Below are positions 1 through 10,357 of a stretch of 64,000 nucleotides of DNA, one piece after another. The stretch's first letter is position 1. Every line of letters begins with the position of its first letter. This DNA comes from an uncultured Candidatus Saccharibacteria bacterium (GTDB taxonomy: Bacteria; Patescibacteriota; Minisyncoccia; Phycocordibacterales; PALSA-1337). Below the pieces are notes generated by a model. It was not told where the DNA came from. It was given only the letters and a program-made list of their open reading frames with translations, and did no database searches. The position numbers were made by a program, and so were the translations under genes. The stretch covers positions 297,521 to 361,520 of the forward strand of contig CAZBVQ010000001.1 of assembly GCA_964495685.1 (NCBI GenBank), written 5' to 3'.

Positions 1-14
1 GTATACTGTGAAGC

Positions 15-410
15 ATGAAATACGGCAATAGGTCGGTTTGGAGACGCTTCATATCGTCACCTATCTCGTTGGTGGTGCTGGTGATCGCTCTCGTGGTGCT
101 GATTCGGGCCAGTAGTAATATACATGACAAAGCACGCCTGAGTGCCACCAGACTCGAACAGGCCCAAAATAGTCTCAATACACTGGTGGATCATCAGCGC
201 GATATTGCTGCCAAGGTGGACTATCTTTCTACGGATCAGGGTATTGAGGCGGAAATGCGTACGCGATACCATGCAGTCAAAGAGGGGGAATCTGTGGCGG
301 TAATTGTTGATGATCACCAAGTTGCGGCAGTAGCCTTGGCCTCGTCCACTACACAAGGCACTACTACGTTGAGTTGGTTTGGTCGTCTGTTGCGTGGGAT
401 CGGCTTCTGA
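15..410 (+). CDS. septum formation initiator-like protein (FtsB/DivIC family)
   Basis: 131 aa; one N-terminal TM helix followed by a coiled-coil-like region (LEQAQNSLNTLVDHQRDIAAKVDYL), the typical FtsB/DivIC architecture; family assignment by pattern only. Confidence 0.45.
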   Translation: MKYGNRSVWRRFISSPISLVVLVIALVVLIRASSNIHDKARLSATRLEQAQNSLNTLVDHQRDIAAKVDYLSTDQGIEAEMRTRYHAVKEGESVAVIVDDHQVAAVALASSTTQGTTTLSWFGRLLRGIGF

Positions 411-495
411 GGGTAGTATTATGGAATGCGAAGTTCGCCTTCGCTCGTCTTGGCGGGCCTGCCCGCCGAAGCTCGGAGCGAAGCGCAGAGCGTAG

Positions 496-566
496 GCGGG
501 TATAGTTTAGTGGTAGAACGAGTGCTTCCCAAGCATTAGATCGGAGTTCGATTCTCCGTACCCGCA
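496..566 (+). tRNA. tRNA-Gly (anticodon CCC)
   Basis: Cloverleaf read directly: acceptor GCGGGTA/TACCCGC, D-arm AGTGGTAGAAC, anticodon stem AGTGC/GCATT with loop TTCCCAA, T-loop GTTCGATTC, discriminator A. Confidence 0.9.
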
Positions 567-673
567 CAATCGAGATGGATGCGTCACTAGCACGAGAGTG
601 CCCTAAGTGGTGTACAAATCCATGCGTTTTTAGAACTTTCAGAACCATAATTTTATGGTAAACTTGCGATATC

Positions 674-1264
674 ATGAAAAACAAACAAAAAGGTTTTATA
701 ATTCCTTTTTTACTAGTAATTATTGCGTTGATAGTGATAGGAGGTGGCGTGTATATTTACAACAAAAATAGTGTGGAGACTCCTGATAAGAGCTCAAAGA
801 CATATACGAATACGCAATACAAGTTCTCGTTTAATTACCCTTCAGTCTTCACTATATCTAATCAAAATATAGGTCAAGAAGGATTAGTCCTTCTACGAGA
901 TAGTTCCAAAACATTTCCTAATACTGATCTCCACAATCAGATTTTGGTATCCGCTTTTTCTGCGAAAGGAGCCACCTCCTTTGCTGATTACCTGACGAAA
1001 TATCCTATTGTTGATGCAAATTCTAATAGACCATTAAACTTTGTTCAAAGAACATTGGGATCGAATATTTTCTATTACGCACAGACAGAACGTTTCGAGG
1101 GGACTCTTTCTTATAGTTATTATCTTCTCAAAGGGGATACTATCTTCGATTTCACTTCAATCTCTCATGGTGTTGCTTGGACTGATCCCAATCTAGACGT
1201 TGAAAATGATTCAACTCATTCCTTCTTGAAAGGCTTACTTACATCGTTAAGGTTCACACATTAA
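674..1264 (+). CDS. hypothetical membrane-anchored/secreted protein
   Basis: 196 aa ORF with N-terminal TM/signal segment (FIIPFLLVIIALIVIGGGVYIY); AT-rich; no recognisable domain. Confidence 0.5.
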   Translation: MKNKQKGFIIPFLLVIIALIVIGGGVYIYNKNSVETPDKSSKTYTNTQYKFSFNYPSVFTISNQNIGQEGLVLLRDSSKTFPNTDLHNQILVSAFSAKGATSFADYLTKYPIVDANSNRPLNFVQRTLGSNIFYYAQTERFEGTLSYSYYLLKGDTIFDFTSISHGVAWTDPNLDVENDSTHSFLKGLLTSLRFTH

Positions 1265-1314
1265 TTCCAGATAACACGTGATATAATGTACTCATTACTA
1301 GGCTATATATTCAC

Positions 1315-1665
1315 ATGAATTACTATCTCGGTGCGTGGAAGAAGTTCGCTGTATTTAGCGGTCGTGCTCGTCGCAAAGAGTACTGGATGTTTATACTCAT
1401 TGATATTATCGTTGCGGCTATATTGAGTATTATTGATGGTGCCGCGGGCGTTTCATTGTTGGTGCCAATATACGGTCTGGCAGTACTCATTCCAAGTCTC
1501 GCCATCTTATCTCGTCGCCTGCATGATACTGGCCGCAGTGCCTGGTGGATACTCATATGTCTCGTACCATTCATTGGTCAGATTGTTCTGATTATATTCG
1601 CGATATTTGATAGTCAGCCAGGGCAGAACAAATATGGTCCGAATCCGAAGGGGGTGGTTGCTTAG
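1315..1665 (+). CDS. DUF805 family inner-membrane protein
   Basis: 116 aa; N-terminus FSGRARRKEYWMF is the DUF805 signature; two TM helices. Confidence 0.8.
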   Translation: MNYYLGAWKKFAVFSGRARRKEYWMFILIDIIVAAILSIIDGAAGVSLLVPIYGLAVLIPSLAILSRRLHDTGRSAWWILICLVPFIGQIVLIIFAIFDSQPGQNKYGPNPKGVVA

Positions 1666-1680
1666 TGGCTTGTGATGAAC

Positions 1681-1712
1681 AAAAATGCCGTAGATTAACT
1701 ACGGCATTTTTG
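1681..1712. terminator. bidirectional rho-independent terminator
   Basis: AAAAATGCCGTAG-ATTAA-CTACGGCATTTTT perfect hairpin with A/T runs on both sides, between convergent genes. Confidence 0.8.
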
Positions 1713-1726
1713 TTGGTAGGTTGTAC

Positions 1727-1960
1727 TTAGAGTCCCAAGATCGTCCTCAACCTCTCCTCATCGAATCCGACAATGACTTCCTTGCCGGTATTGATGACGG
1801 GCACGCCCATCTGGCCAGTCATATCGATCATCTCTTTGCGCTTCTCAAGATCTGAAGCGACGTTGTGCTCGGCATATTCAATGCCGTTAGCCTTGAAGAA
1901 ATTCTTCGCCATGTTGCAATAGACACAGGTCGGCGTCGAATATATAGTCACTGTACTCAT
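1727..1960 (-). CDS. glutaredoxin-like protein (NrdH/Grx family)
   Basis: Trimmed to internal Met (MSTVTIYSTPTCVYC...); CxxC motif CVYC, about 78 aa, thioredoxin fold pattern (GVPVI...G). Confidence 0.75.
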   Translation of the reverse strand: MSTVTIYSTPTCVYCNMAKNFFKANGIEYAEHNVASDLEKRKEMIDMTGQMGVPVINTGKEVIVGFDEERLRTILGL

Positions 1961-2035
1961 ATGATTACTCGAACAAAAAGTTAGTGATAATAGTATCAAC
2001 CACGTAGATTCCAATTGTAACAGTATTACGGTACA

Positions 2036-3361
2036 GTGCAAATGGAAATATGTCGATATCTGTGGTCTTGTGTTATACTAGCCCCAATGTCGTACGTGCA
2101 TCTGTTTTCGGCTTTCACCAGCCATCTCGAAGCTATAGTCACTCAGGGTGGCTATGTATTTTTGTTGCTGGCGACTCTTCTCGAGGGTATACCGCTTATC
2201 GGTATGCTTGTACCAGGACATATTTCGATCATTATTGCAGGTTTCCTGGGTAGTGTGGGGGTGCTCAATATCTATTGGGTGGGTGCCATAGCTCTGGTCG
2301 GAGCGGTTCTAGGTGATTTCATCGGTTTCCAGCTCGGTCGACGATACGGTATGTCATTCATTGACCGTCTGCGCCCATACTTCTTCATCAAGGATAGTCA
2401 CATCGAGAAGGCACGTTCATTGCTCGAACGTCACACGGGTAAGGCGATGATTATTGGACGTTTCAGTCCGATTACACGGGCACTCATGCCATTCTTGGTA
2501 GGTACCAGCCAGACGTCACGTGGCAAGTTCTGGCTATTCAATGTGATCGGTGCAATTAGTTGGACACTCTCATCTCTTCTGGTCGGATATGTTTTCGGAG
2601 CAGGGTACGGTGCTGCTGTCGAATACACAGGTACCTTCACCATATTTGCAATTATCACCTCGCTGGTCATTATTTGGGGATACTATTTCGTTAATGTTCG
2701 TTTCCATATTTTCAAGAAATATGAGCTCTTTGTTCTTATCTTGAACTTGGTGGCACTCTATGGACTATCCAAGACAATTCAAGATGCATGGGCTCCGACC
2801 TCATTCATGGCCAACTTCGATGTCTATGTCAATGGATTCTTCAGTGCGTTCAGTCAATCGCACCAATGGGTGCACGGGATTGCGCTGTGGGTTACTACTA
2901 TCGGAGGTACCACTGTCGTAGGCGCTCTCGGGCTTGTGGTGGCCGTTGCGCTTGCGTTCAAGCATCGCTGGCGTTCGGCTGCTATTATGATACTTGGTCT
3001 CGGGTCAGCAGGAATGGTCACTGGTGTCCTCAAAGAATTTTTCATGCGTGCTCGACCGCTCAATGCGCTGGTGACAAGCCTTACCGATGCGAGTTTCCCG
3101 AGCGGGCATGCGGCTACGGCAGCGGCATTCTTCGTGATCATCGGGTATCTCCTTGTCCGTCGTATCAAGTCAGTCATTGTCCGTGAACTGGTAATCGTGG
3201 CCTGTGTCTTGGCGACGATTGCGGTAGGTCTCAGTCGTGTCGCCTTGAATGTGCACTGGGCTTCGGATGTTATCGGTGGATGGTCACTCGGTATATTCAT
3301 GGCCACGGCCTCAATATTGTTGGTGAGGTATGTGACGGTGTTGGTGGTGAAGCGAGGCTAA
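2036..3361 (+). CDS. DedA/SNARE-associated domain fused to PAP2 phosphatase
   Basis: N-terminal half has DedA pattern (LLEGIPLIGMLVPG...GRRYG...GRFSPITRALMPFLVG); C-terminal half has PAP2 motifs KEFFMRARP, PSGH, SRVALNVHWASD; start codon choice uncertain. Confidence 0.75.
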   Translation: MQMEICRYLWSCVILAPMSYVHLFSAFTSHLEAIVTQGGYVFLLLATLLEGIPLIGMLVPGHISIIIAGFLGSVGVLNIYWVGAIALVGAVLGDFIGFQLGRRYGMSFIDRLRPYFFIKDSHIEKARSLLERHTGKAMIIGRFSPITRALMPFLVGTSQTSRGKFWLFNVIGAISWTLSSLLVGYVFGAGYGAAVEYTGTFTIFAIITSLVIIWGYYFVNVRFHIFKKYELFVLILNLVALYGLSKTIQDAWAPTSFMANFDVYVNGFFSAFSQSHQWVHGIALWVTTIGGTTVVGALGLVVAVALAFKHRWRSAAIMILGLGSAGMVTGVLKEFFMRARPLNALVTSLTDASFPSGHAATAAAFFVIIGYLLVRRIKSVIVRELVIVACVLATIAVGLSRVALNVHWASDVIGGWSLGIFMATASILLVRYVTVLVVKRG

Positions 3362-3418
3362 GATTTGATATACTATGCCGTGTTCGCCCGATTTATTATT
3401 CATAAGTAATAGGATTTT

Positions 3419-4150
3419 ATGTACAAATTGGTATTAATGAGACATGGACAGACGGTATACAACAAGCAGAAAATATTTTGTGGATGGACTGACGTGGATC
3501 TGACAGAGCAGGGTGTTTTTGAAGCCAAAAGTGCTGGGCAAAACCTCAAGAAAGCAGGATATACATTTGACGTTGGTTTTTGTTCAGTCCTCAAGCGTTC
3601 AATGGAAACACTGAGTATTGTTCTCGATGAAATGGGCATCGTGGACTTGCCGGTAGACTATTCGTGGCGTCTTAACGAGCGTCATTATGGATCATTGCAG
3701 GGCCAGAAACATGAAGATGTCGCCAAAACCTGTAGTCCTGAGCAAGTCCAAATCTGGAGGAGAAGTTTTTGTGAAAGACCTCCACAACTTACTCAAGATG
3801 ACCCAAGAAATCCTTGTAACGATCCGAAGTATTGCGATATCGACAAGAAGGATTTGCCCTGCGGAGAATCTCTTGAGGATACAATAAAGCGTGTTCTGCC
3901 ATATCTCGAAGGATCTATTTTGCCCAAGGTCAAAGAAGGTAAGAGGGTAGTGGTGGCTGCAAGTGGCAACAGCCTCCGTGCACTCATTAAGTACATGGAC
4001 AAGATCAGTGACACCGATATTGTTGGTCTCGAAATCAAGACGGGTACACCGCTCGTCTATGAGCTCGATGATTCACTCAAGCCAATTCGCAAATATTACC
4101 TCGTCGATGGAGGCAAAGAAGAGCTGATTGAGATTGTGAAGAAGGGGTAA
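3419..4150 (+). CDS. gpmA: 2,3-bisphosphoglycerate-dependent phosphoglycerate mutase
   Basis: N-terminal LVLMRHGQTVYNK catalytic His motif of dPGM; 243 aa. Confidence 0.9.
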   Translation: MYKLVLMRHGQTVYNKQKIFCGWTDVDLTEQGVFEAKSAGQNLKKAGYTFDVGFCSVLKRSMETLSIVLDEMGIVDLPVDYSWRLNERHYGSLQGQKHEDVAKTCSPEQVQIWRRSFCERPPQLTQDDPRNPCNDPKYCDIDKKDLPCGESLEDTIKRVLPYLEGSILPKVKEGKRVVVAASGNSLRALIKYMDKISDTDIVGLEIKTGTPLVYELDDSLKPIRKYYLVDGGKEELIEIVKKG

Positions 4151-4590
4151 AATTAGGTGTCTCAGAGTACCCTTGACCCCACTCGAATACCCCATGATGT
4201 AATTTTCCTCTTCATTACACCACACCGCCCGAGTTCGGATTCAGGCCATTATTTCATACAATGATTTGACGACTAGTCAACTCAATGAGGGAACAGGGGA
4301 TGTGCTTGCAGCGGCGATATAATTATCCGGCGAGACATAACCCCCTCGCACACTATCAATATGGCAAAGAAGCCTGCACCAGCTCCTGCTCCACAAGAGC
4401 AGCAGCCTCAGACTCCTCCGCAAGCATAGTTTGCGAGGGATGTAGAAAGAAAACCGCGCATCAATGAGATGGGCGGTTTTCTGTGCGATACGCTTGCAAT
4501 TATGATGGAAGTGTGTTAGGGTCCGATGCGAACCTCAGATGGTCACTCATGACGAGTGATCAGGGGATGACAGTGTTGAAAGGACCCAAT

Positions 4591-5436
4591 ATGAAACGAA
4601 TCGTAAGTTTACTGATCATGGTAGCGGTACTGTGGTTTGTTCCACATGTGACATATGCGGACGGGGCACCCGCGATCGCGGAAGCGCGGATTGTGCAGAA
4701 TTATCTCAACAAGACGGAATACCCGTATCAAGAGTTTTGCCTCGGCGGCGGACAGTGTGGATGGGCGAACTCGACGCATCCCAAGAGCAAAATGGAGAAG
4801 ACGGTCATTGTTACTGGTTGGAACCCGGGAAGCACGGACGATCCCACCACATACACTCGCACGACAGATGTGCATACTGGGCCGGTGTACCACGATCATT
4901 CGATCGCGGTCACGGTATGTTCCAGCACGCCACCATCCAGCGGCTACTTGGCCGAATATAGCTACGCTGCTGGCGGTGCTTGGCAGACCAGCAGCATACC
5001 CTTTTTCAGTCTTCCCGGCGAAGACATGAAGGGACAATTGGTGGCGTATTCGACCAATGCCAACGAGTATTACACCAAGAGAAGTATTTCCATCAATTCG
5101 AGTCAGGTGTTCCGGTATCGGAATACCAGCACTGAGTGGTCATACACCTATCGCATCTACGTGTGTGCGGTTGCCTGCAAGGCAACACCCGAGTCCCTGT
5201 ACCCAATCCTTGAAGAAGAGAAGGCCATTCCGCCGGCGAACCTTACGGTAAGGAATCATCCGTTGACGGACAACGACGACGACCTGTACGGATACTTTGA
5301 TGTCGTTATCGCTCCAGACTCAATCGGCGAAATTGACGTGACTCCTTCGGTCAGTGGAGTTGCCTGCATTAGTTACGCAGGGTTTGCGGACCTGTTATCC
5401 ACGACGTACGTGGGTGGCGGTGGCGGTCAAGATTGA
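4591..5436 (+). CDS. secreted hypothetical protein (GC-rich)
   Basis: Start set at internal ATG giving signal peptide MKRIVSLLIMVAVLWFVPHVTYA; Cys-containing; GC content higher than neighbours. Confidence 0.5.
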   Translation: MKRIVSLLIMVAVLWFVPHVTYADGAPAIAEARIVQNYLNKTEYPYQEFCLGGGQCGWANSTHPKSKMEKTVIVTGWNPGSTDDPTTYTRTTDVHTGPVYHDHSIAVTVCSSTPPSSGYLAEYSYAAGGAWQTSSIPFFSLPGEDMKGQLVAYSTNANEYYTKRSISINSSQVFRYRNTSTEWSYTYRIYVCAVACKATPESLYPILEEEKAIPPANLTVRNHPLTDNDDDLYGYFDVVIAPDSIGEIDVTPSVSGVACISYAGFADLLSTTYVGGGGGQD

Positions 5437-5471
5437 GACCGGCCTGTCAGTAGTTTTCACAGCGTCCACCT

Positions 5472-5500
5472 TGCCGGTGGCGCTTTTTTTATATCATATA
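5472..5500 (+). terminator. rho-independent terminator
   Basis: GCGTCCACC-TTGCC-GGTGGCGC hairpin followed by TTTTTTT. Confidence 0.7.
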
Positions 5501-5784
5501 TCCTCTATACGCAACACGACCCCGCGTGTGCGGGGCCGGGCTGCCATAGGGTAGGCGCTTGTCCATGTAGAGATAGTATCCGAAATATATAAGGTGGAAC
5601 CGAGGTCCGGCGCTGGGGCCAGGAGCTTGTGTGGTTCCTATAAAATTAGTTAAGGATCTTCTCTATGAACAAATGCCTACTATCAGTATGGACCTGATGC
5701 TATCAAAGTCAATAACAAAAAGCCTCAAAAGCGTGGGTAACCTGTAGATAAGGTGGGTATAAATCCACGATTCCTGTGGAAAAC

Positions 5785-5803
5785 TTCCAGGCCGGGCCTG
5801 GAA
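5785..5803. repeat. palindrome TTCCAGGCCGGGCCTGGAA (variant of the 17-bp palindrome family)
   Basis: Perfect 19-bp palindrome lying immediately 3' of the dnaE stop codon. Confidence 0.8.
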
Positions 5804-8800
5804 TTACAACGCCCTCAATCGCTCAAGTAGGAAACTTTTCTCACCGTTGCGTGTATTTACAGTCGCTTTTATGGCTACGCACTTGTCAGGAGCGATCAAT
5901 GAATGAAATTCTTTGTACACACGAGGGAATGCCACCGCCTCAGCTGAGCCAGAGAAGTCTTGGACAGTGACGAATGCCATAGTCTCATTTTTCTTTGTTT
6001 GAATCTCACGAACTTCAGTAATGATGCCAGCGAAAATGGTGGTCGCACCCTCCTTGATAGTCTCAAATGCTTTCTTGATATCCATTCCATTTTTTGTGAT
6101 GACCTCACGGTATCGTTCGAGTGGATGGCCGGAAATGTACAAGCCCAGCAACTCTTTTTCCCAGGCAAGCTTGTCACGCATTTCTGCAGGAGGTACATCT
6201 GCAAGTCGCAGTGTAGGTACGCTCGAGGTATCGGTCATGCCGCCGAACAAGGAATCCTGGTCTGCATGTTGTTTACTGTTTTCCTTGTTGTATTCGAGCA
6301 TAAGGTCAAGGTTGGCGAGCATGACGCCACGGTCGACACCGAAACAGTCCATGGCACCAGCTTTGATGAGAGATTCGAGAGATTTTTTGTTGAGATTCTT
6401 GTCTTTGACGCGGTCTAGGAAATTGGATAATGACGTGAATGTGCCAGCACGCTTTCGTTCCTCGATGATGGCTGTCGAGATGCCTTGACCGAAGTTCTTG
6501 ATGGTAACGAGACCGAAGCGGATGCGGTATCTGGGAACGTCAGGAGGATATGTCTCCTCAGCGAACGGCGTCGGCTTCTGCTGAAGCCGCGCCTCATTCT
6601 CCCTCGCCTCCGCTCGGTCCGAAGGTCGCTTCGAAGACACATCCTCCTGACGTTCCTTGATTACCGTAAACTGACTGAAGCTCTCATTTACATCAGGAGG
6701 AAGTACTGGAATCCCGATACGCTTACATTCAGCGATTGTCTCGGCCACTTTCTCCGTATCGCCTTGCTCCGAGGTGAGTACGGCTGATAGATAAATTTCA
6801 GGGAAATGCGCCTTGAGGTATGCGGTGATATACGCCACACGACCATAAGATACCGAGTGGGCCTTGTTGAAACCGTAGGCTGCGAATGGCTCGATCCATT
6901 TCCAGACTTCTTTTGCCTTCTTTTCTGACCATTTGCTGTGTGAGATACATCCCTTGATGAACTTATCTTTTTGCAGTGCCATTTCCTCAGGGATCTTTTT
7001 ACCCACCGCTTTGCGGAATTTGTCGACTTCGCCCCAACTATATCCCGCGATCAGGTGCGCCATCATCAGGAGGTCGTCTTGATAGACAAGAATACCGTAG
7101 GTTTTGTCGAGAATTTTCTCGAGCATAGGGTCGAGATATGAAATGAGTGAGCGATCGTGTTTGCGCGCAATATAGTCAGGAATGAAGCCGATCGGACCAG
7201 GACGGTACAATGCCACCATGGCGTTGATGTCGTGAATGGTGCTTGGTTTGAGGTCTTTGAGGAATCGAGTCATACCATCACCGTTGAGCTGGAATAGGTC
7301 AGCAGTTTCACCACGAGCGAGCATTTCGAATGTCTTCTTGTCGTCTACCGGTATAGTGTCATAATCGACGTCCACACCGTCAATTTTCTTGATACGCTCG
7401 ATAGTGTCGGCGATGATGGTCAAGTTTTTGAGACCAAGGAAGTCGAATTTGAGCAGCCCGGCTTCTTCGATCGAATACATATCGTACTGGGTGATGATTT
7501 TGCCTTCGCCCTTGGGATCAAACTGGAGCGGCGTATAGTCGGTCAATGACGAAGGTGAGATGACCACGCCCGCAGCATGCACACCGATGTGTCGTGCACA
7601 ACCTTCGATCTTGCGAGCCATGTCAATAATGCGTCGCGTGTCAGGTTCAGTGTCGTAGGCGCTCTTGAGTTCGGGAGTCTCTTGAAGTGCGCGCTCAATG
7701 GTCATAGGGAAGCCTTGAGAGCCCATGGGAATGAGTTTGGAAATACGGTCACCGACATCATAAGGGAAACCCATAGCACGAGCTACGTCACGGACTGAAC
7801 CGCGAGCAGCCATAGTACCGAACGTACCGATCTGCGCCACTTTGTCTGCACCGTATTTGCGTCGGACATAGTCGATGACTTCGTCGCGTCTATCGTCGGC
7901 ATAGTCCATATCGATATCGGGAGCTGAGGGACGATCAGGGTTGAGGAAGCGCTCGAAGGGGATTTCGTATTCGATGGGGTTGATATTGGTGATACCTGCC
8001 AAGAAGGTGACCAACGAACCAGAGACGGAGCCACGAATATTTGAGAGGATTTTATTCTCGCGAGCGAAGCGGAGCATGTCTGCCACGACCAGGAAGTAGG
8101 GAGCATATCCTTTGTCTCGAATGACTTTCAGCTCATATTCAGCACGTTTGACGAGGTCGTCAGTTTTGGGGACATTGCGTCGAGCAAATCCCTCGAAGAC
8201 GATATGGTGAAGCTCATCGTCGGCGCTTCGACCGCTCTCTACCTTCAAGGCTGGAAATACCCATTTGCCCAGCTCGAGTTTCAAGTTGCATGCGTCGACA
8301 ATTTTCTGAGTATTTTCGAGTGCTTCAGGCATGTCATGGAAGAGTTCCTCGGCACGCTCGGCGGAAATAAATGAAAAATCATCTTCGTCACTATCTGATA
8401 TTTTGTCAGAGGAATCACTGTGTGAGTTGACGCGTACGAGTGTCTCACGAGCGAAACGATCGTCCGGGTTGAGGTAGTAGACGTCATGTGCAGCCATGAC
8501 AGGAATCTCTTGTTTCTTGGCGAATTGCACCAGTGTCTTCATGGTAGATTCGTGACCATCGATCTCGGGGTGGCGCGTGATTTCAAGGTAGAGACGGTCT
8601 GTTTCTAGGCCGGGCCTAGAAAATACTTTCTTGTAGAATGTCGCGATCTCAGTGGCTTTCTCTTGATTCCTGCCGCCAAGTGCGTGGACTATTTCGCCGG
8701 AGAATGACGGCATGATGCAGATGAGACCCTCATTATATTTCTCAATGAGTTCACGGTCGATGCGTGGCTTGTAGTAGAAGCCTTCGAGGTGAGAGATGGT

Positions 8801-9118
8801 AACGAGTTGGACGAGGTTGCGGTAGCCGGTTTCATTCATAGCCAGAAGGACGAGACGACTGCGTCGATTGTCGATACCGGGCTGCATGTCTTTCCTGGAA
8901 CGTGCGGCTACATAGAAATCGACGCCAATGATTGGTTTGAGCTCTTTTTTCTGGCAGGCCTTGTAGAATTCGATGGCGCCGTAAAGGTTGCCGTTGTCGG
9001 TGAGGGCCAAGGCATTCATGCCATGTTTCTTGGCAGCCGCGACTAGATCGTCGATCTTGGGCAGGGCAGAAAGGAGGGAATAGTGGGAGTGGGTGTGGAG
9101 GTGGGCGAACAGGCTCAT
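5804..9118 (-). CDS. dnaE: DNA polymerase III alpha subunit
   Basis: 1104 aa; N-terminal PHP domain (HLHTHSHYSLL), polymerase core and OB-fold regions typical of DnaE. Confidence 0.95.
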   Translation of the reverse strand: MSLFAHLHTHSHYSLLSALPKIDDLVAAAKKHGMNALALTDNGNLYGAIEFYKACQKKELKPIIGVDFYVAARSRKDMQPGIDNRRSRLVLLAMNETGYRNLVQLVTISHLEGFYYKPRIDRELIEKYNEGLICIMPSFSGEIVHALGGRNQEKATEIATFYKKVFSRPGLETDRLYLEITRHPEIDGHESTMKTLVQFAKKQEIPVMAAHDVYYLNPDDRFARETLVRVNSHSDSSDKISDSDEDDFSFISAERAEELFHDMPEALENTQKIVDACNLKLELGKWVFPALKVESGRSADDELHHIVFEGFARRNVPKTDDLVKRAEYELKVIRDKGYAPYFLVVADMLRFARENKILSNIRGSVSGSLVTFLAGITNINPIEYEIPFERFLNPDRPSAPDIDMDYADDRRDEVIDYVRRKYGADKVAQIGTFGTMAARGSVRDVARAMGFPYDVGDRISKLIPMGSQGFPMTIERALQETPELKSAYDTEPDTRRIIDMARKIEGCARHIGVHAAGVVISPSSLTDYTPLQFDPKGEGKIITQYDMYSIEEAGLLKFDFLGLKNLTIIADTIERIKKIDGVDVDYDTIPVDDKKTFEMLARGETADLFQLNGDGMTRFLKDLKPSTIHDINAMVALYRPGPIGFIPDYIARKHDRSLISYLDPMLEKILDKTYGILVYQDDLLMMAHLIAGYSWGEVDKFRKAVGKKIPEEMALQKDKFIKGCISHSKWSEKKAKEVWKWIEPFAAYGFNKAHSVSYGRVAYITAYLKAHFPEIYLSAVLTSEQGDTEKVAETIAECKRIGIPVLPPDVNESFSQFTVIKERQEDVSSKRPSDRAEARENEARLQQKPTPFAEETYPPDVPRYRIRFGLVTIKNFGQGISTAIIEERKRAGTFTSLSNFLDRVKDKNLNKKSLESLIKAGAMDCFGVDRGVMLANLDLMLEYNKENSKQHADQDSLFGGMTDTSSVPTLRLADVPPAEMRDKLAWEKELLGLYISGHPLERYREVITKNGMDIKKAFETIKEGATTIFAGIITEVREIQTKKNETMAFVTVQDFSGSAEAVAFPRVYKEFHSLIAPDKCVAIKATVNTRNGEKSFLLERLRAL
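8604..8620. repeat. 17-bp palindrome TCTAGGCCGGGCCTAGA embedded in the dnaE coding sequence
   Basis: Exact copy of the palindrome found at 17493 and 32385; in frame it encodes SRPGLE of DnaE. Confidence 0.8.
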
Positions 9119-9215
9119 GGATTGATTATACGGGAAAAAGATAGATAATTGAACGGGATTGACACTTTCGCTACCTAGTTATAGTGTTAGGGAAACCAAC
9201 CGGAGATTTTGTTCT

Positions 9216-9644
9216 ATGTCTGAATCAAATATGCAAGCACGTACGAACTTCTTGAACGCGCTCTACTTCTTTGTCACTGACCACAAGAATGACGAAAAAA
9301 GAATTAGGGCCATTGAGTGTGCGGAGAAACTGGGCGGTCAAACATTACGCAAGCAAGTTGAGGACATCATGCCACTCCTCGTGCAAGGGCACCAATTCGC
9401 TTGGATTTCACTACTTGCGTGGATTGGTAACCAAAGACACTTCTTTGACCCTTTCAAGGGGCAATCACCTTTTGCCAATAAAATTATTGCCGTCATTCGT
9501 GAAGGGATGATTTGCGAGGATGTGTTACCCCTAGCGCATGTTGAAAAATTGTGGGACGAAGTTGAGCCGGCAGGCTTCTTGAGGTTGATACTGGTCTATC
9601 CGCCAGGCAGCAAGCCTAGCCTGTTCGCTTTGCAAGGTTCTTGA
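9216..9644 (+). CDS. hypothetical protein
   Basis: Start at ATG 9216 preceded by GGAG at about 10 nt; 142 aa; no recognisable domain; followed by a terminator. Confidence 0.4.
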   Translation: MSESNMQARTNFLNALYFFVTDHKNDEKRIRAIECAEKLGGQTLRKQVEDIMPLLVQGHQFAWISLLAWIGNQRHFFDPFKGQSPFANKIIAVIREGMICEDVLPLAHVEKLWDEVEPAGFLRLILVYPPGSKPSLFALQGS

Positions 9645-9662
9645 TCCGTAGATCGTAAACCA

Positions 9663-9690
9663 CCCGGTGTCTCAGCGCCGGGTTTTTTTA
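9663..9690 (+). terminator. rho-independent terminator
   Basis: CCCGGTG-TCTCAG-CGCCGGG hairpin followed by TTTTTTT. Confidence 0.75.
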
Positions 9691-9766
9691 TTGTTGAGCT
9701 ATTCGCAAGCAGTCTTTTTATTTAAACTCGCAAGCTTTATTTGCCTGTTCTGCTATCATAGGACCA

Positions 9767-10357
9767 ATGAAACTCACCACATTCCTCATAGGCATCGACG
9801 AAGTCGGTCGTGGCCCTATTGCGGGCCCTGTTGCTGTGGGTGCTTTCGCATTTCTTACCCCTGGAGCAAAGAAACTATTTCGGGGCGTAAAAGAATCCAA
9901 ACAATTGACCGAACAGAAAAGGGAGGAATGGTTTGCACGAATTGAACAGGCGAAAAAAAGTGGTCACGTGGATTTTTGCGTCACATTTCAAAGTGAAAAA
10001 GTTATCGACTCCAAAGGTCTGTCTTATGCTATCAAGACGGCACTCCTTACTTCTTTGTATGCACTAAAAATAAAGCCTGCCTCTGCACGTGTACTTCTCG
10101 ATGGTGGACTCCGGGCACCAGCGAATTATCAGAATCAAAAAACAATCATCAAAGGTGACGAGAAGGAAATGGTGATCGCACTAGCTTCTATTTGTGCCAA
10201 AGTGTTACGAGATAGGAAGATGAATATGCTCGCGAAAAAATATCCGAAATATGGATTCGAGAAACATAAAGGATATGGGACGAAAGGGCATTACGGGGCG
10301 ATAAGGAGGTGTGGACTTCTCAGTACTCATCGTCGCTCATTTTTGCGCGCTTTCTAA
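9767..10357 (+). CDS. rnhB: ribonuclease HII
   Basis: GIDEVGRGPIAGPV active-site motif at the N-terminus; 196 aa. Confidence 0.9.
   Translation: MKLTTFLIGIDEVGRGPIAGPVAVGAFAFLTPGAKKLFRGVKESKQLTEQKREEWFARIEQAKKSGHVDFCVTFQSEKVIDSKGLSYAIKTALLTSLYALKIKPASARVLLDGGLRAPANYQNQKTIIKGDEKEMVIALASICAKVLRDRKMNMLAKKYPKYGFEKHKGYGTKGHYGAIRRCGLLSTHRRSFLRAF

Noticed and set aside
364-684. 106-aa minus-strand ORF
   Set aside because: It completely spans tRNA-Gly (496-566) and its GC-rich hairpin leader; reading through a structural RNA gene is not credible
5896-9046. Multiple ORFs of 60-155 aa on either strand inside dnaE (for example 5960-6418, 6021-6488, 8789-9046)
   Set aside because: Antisense or shadow ORFs within a well-supported 1104-aa DnaE coding region; no RBS and no domain content
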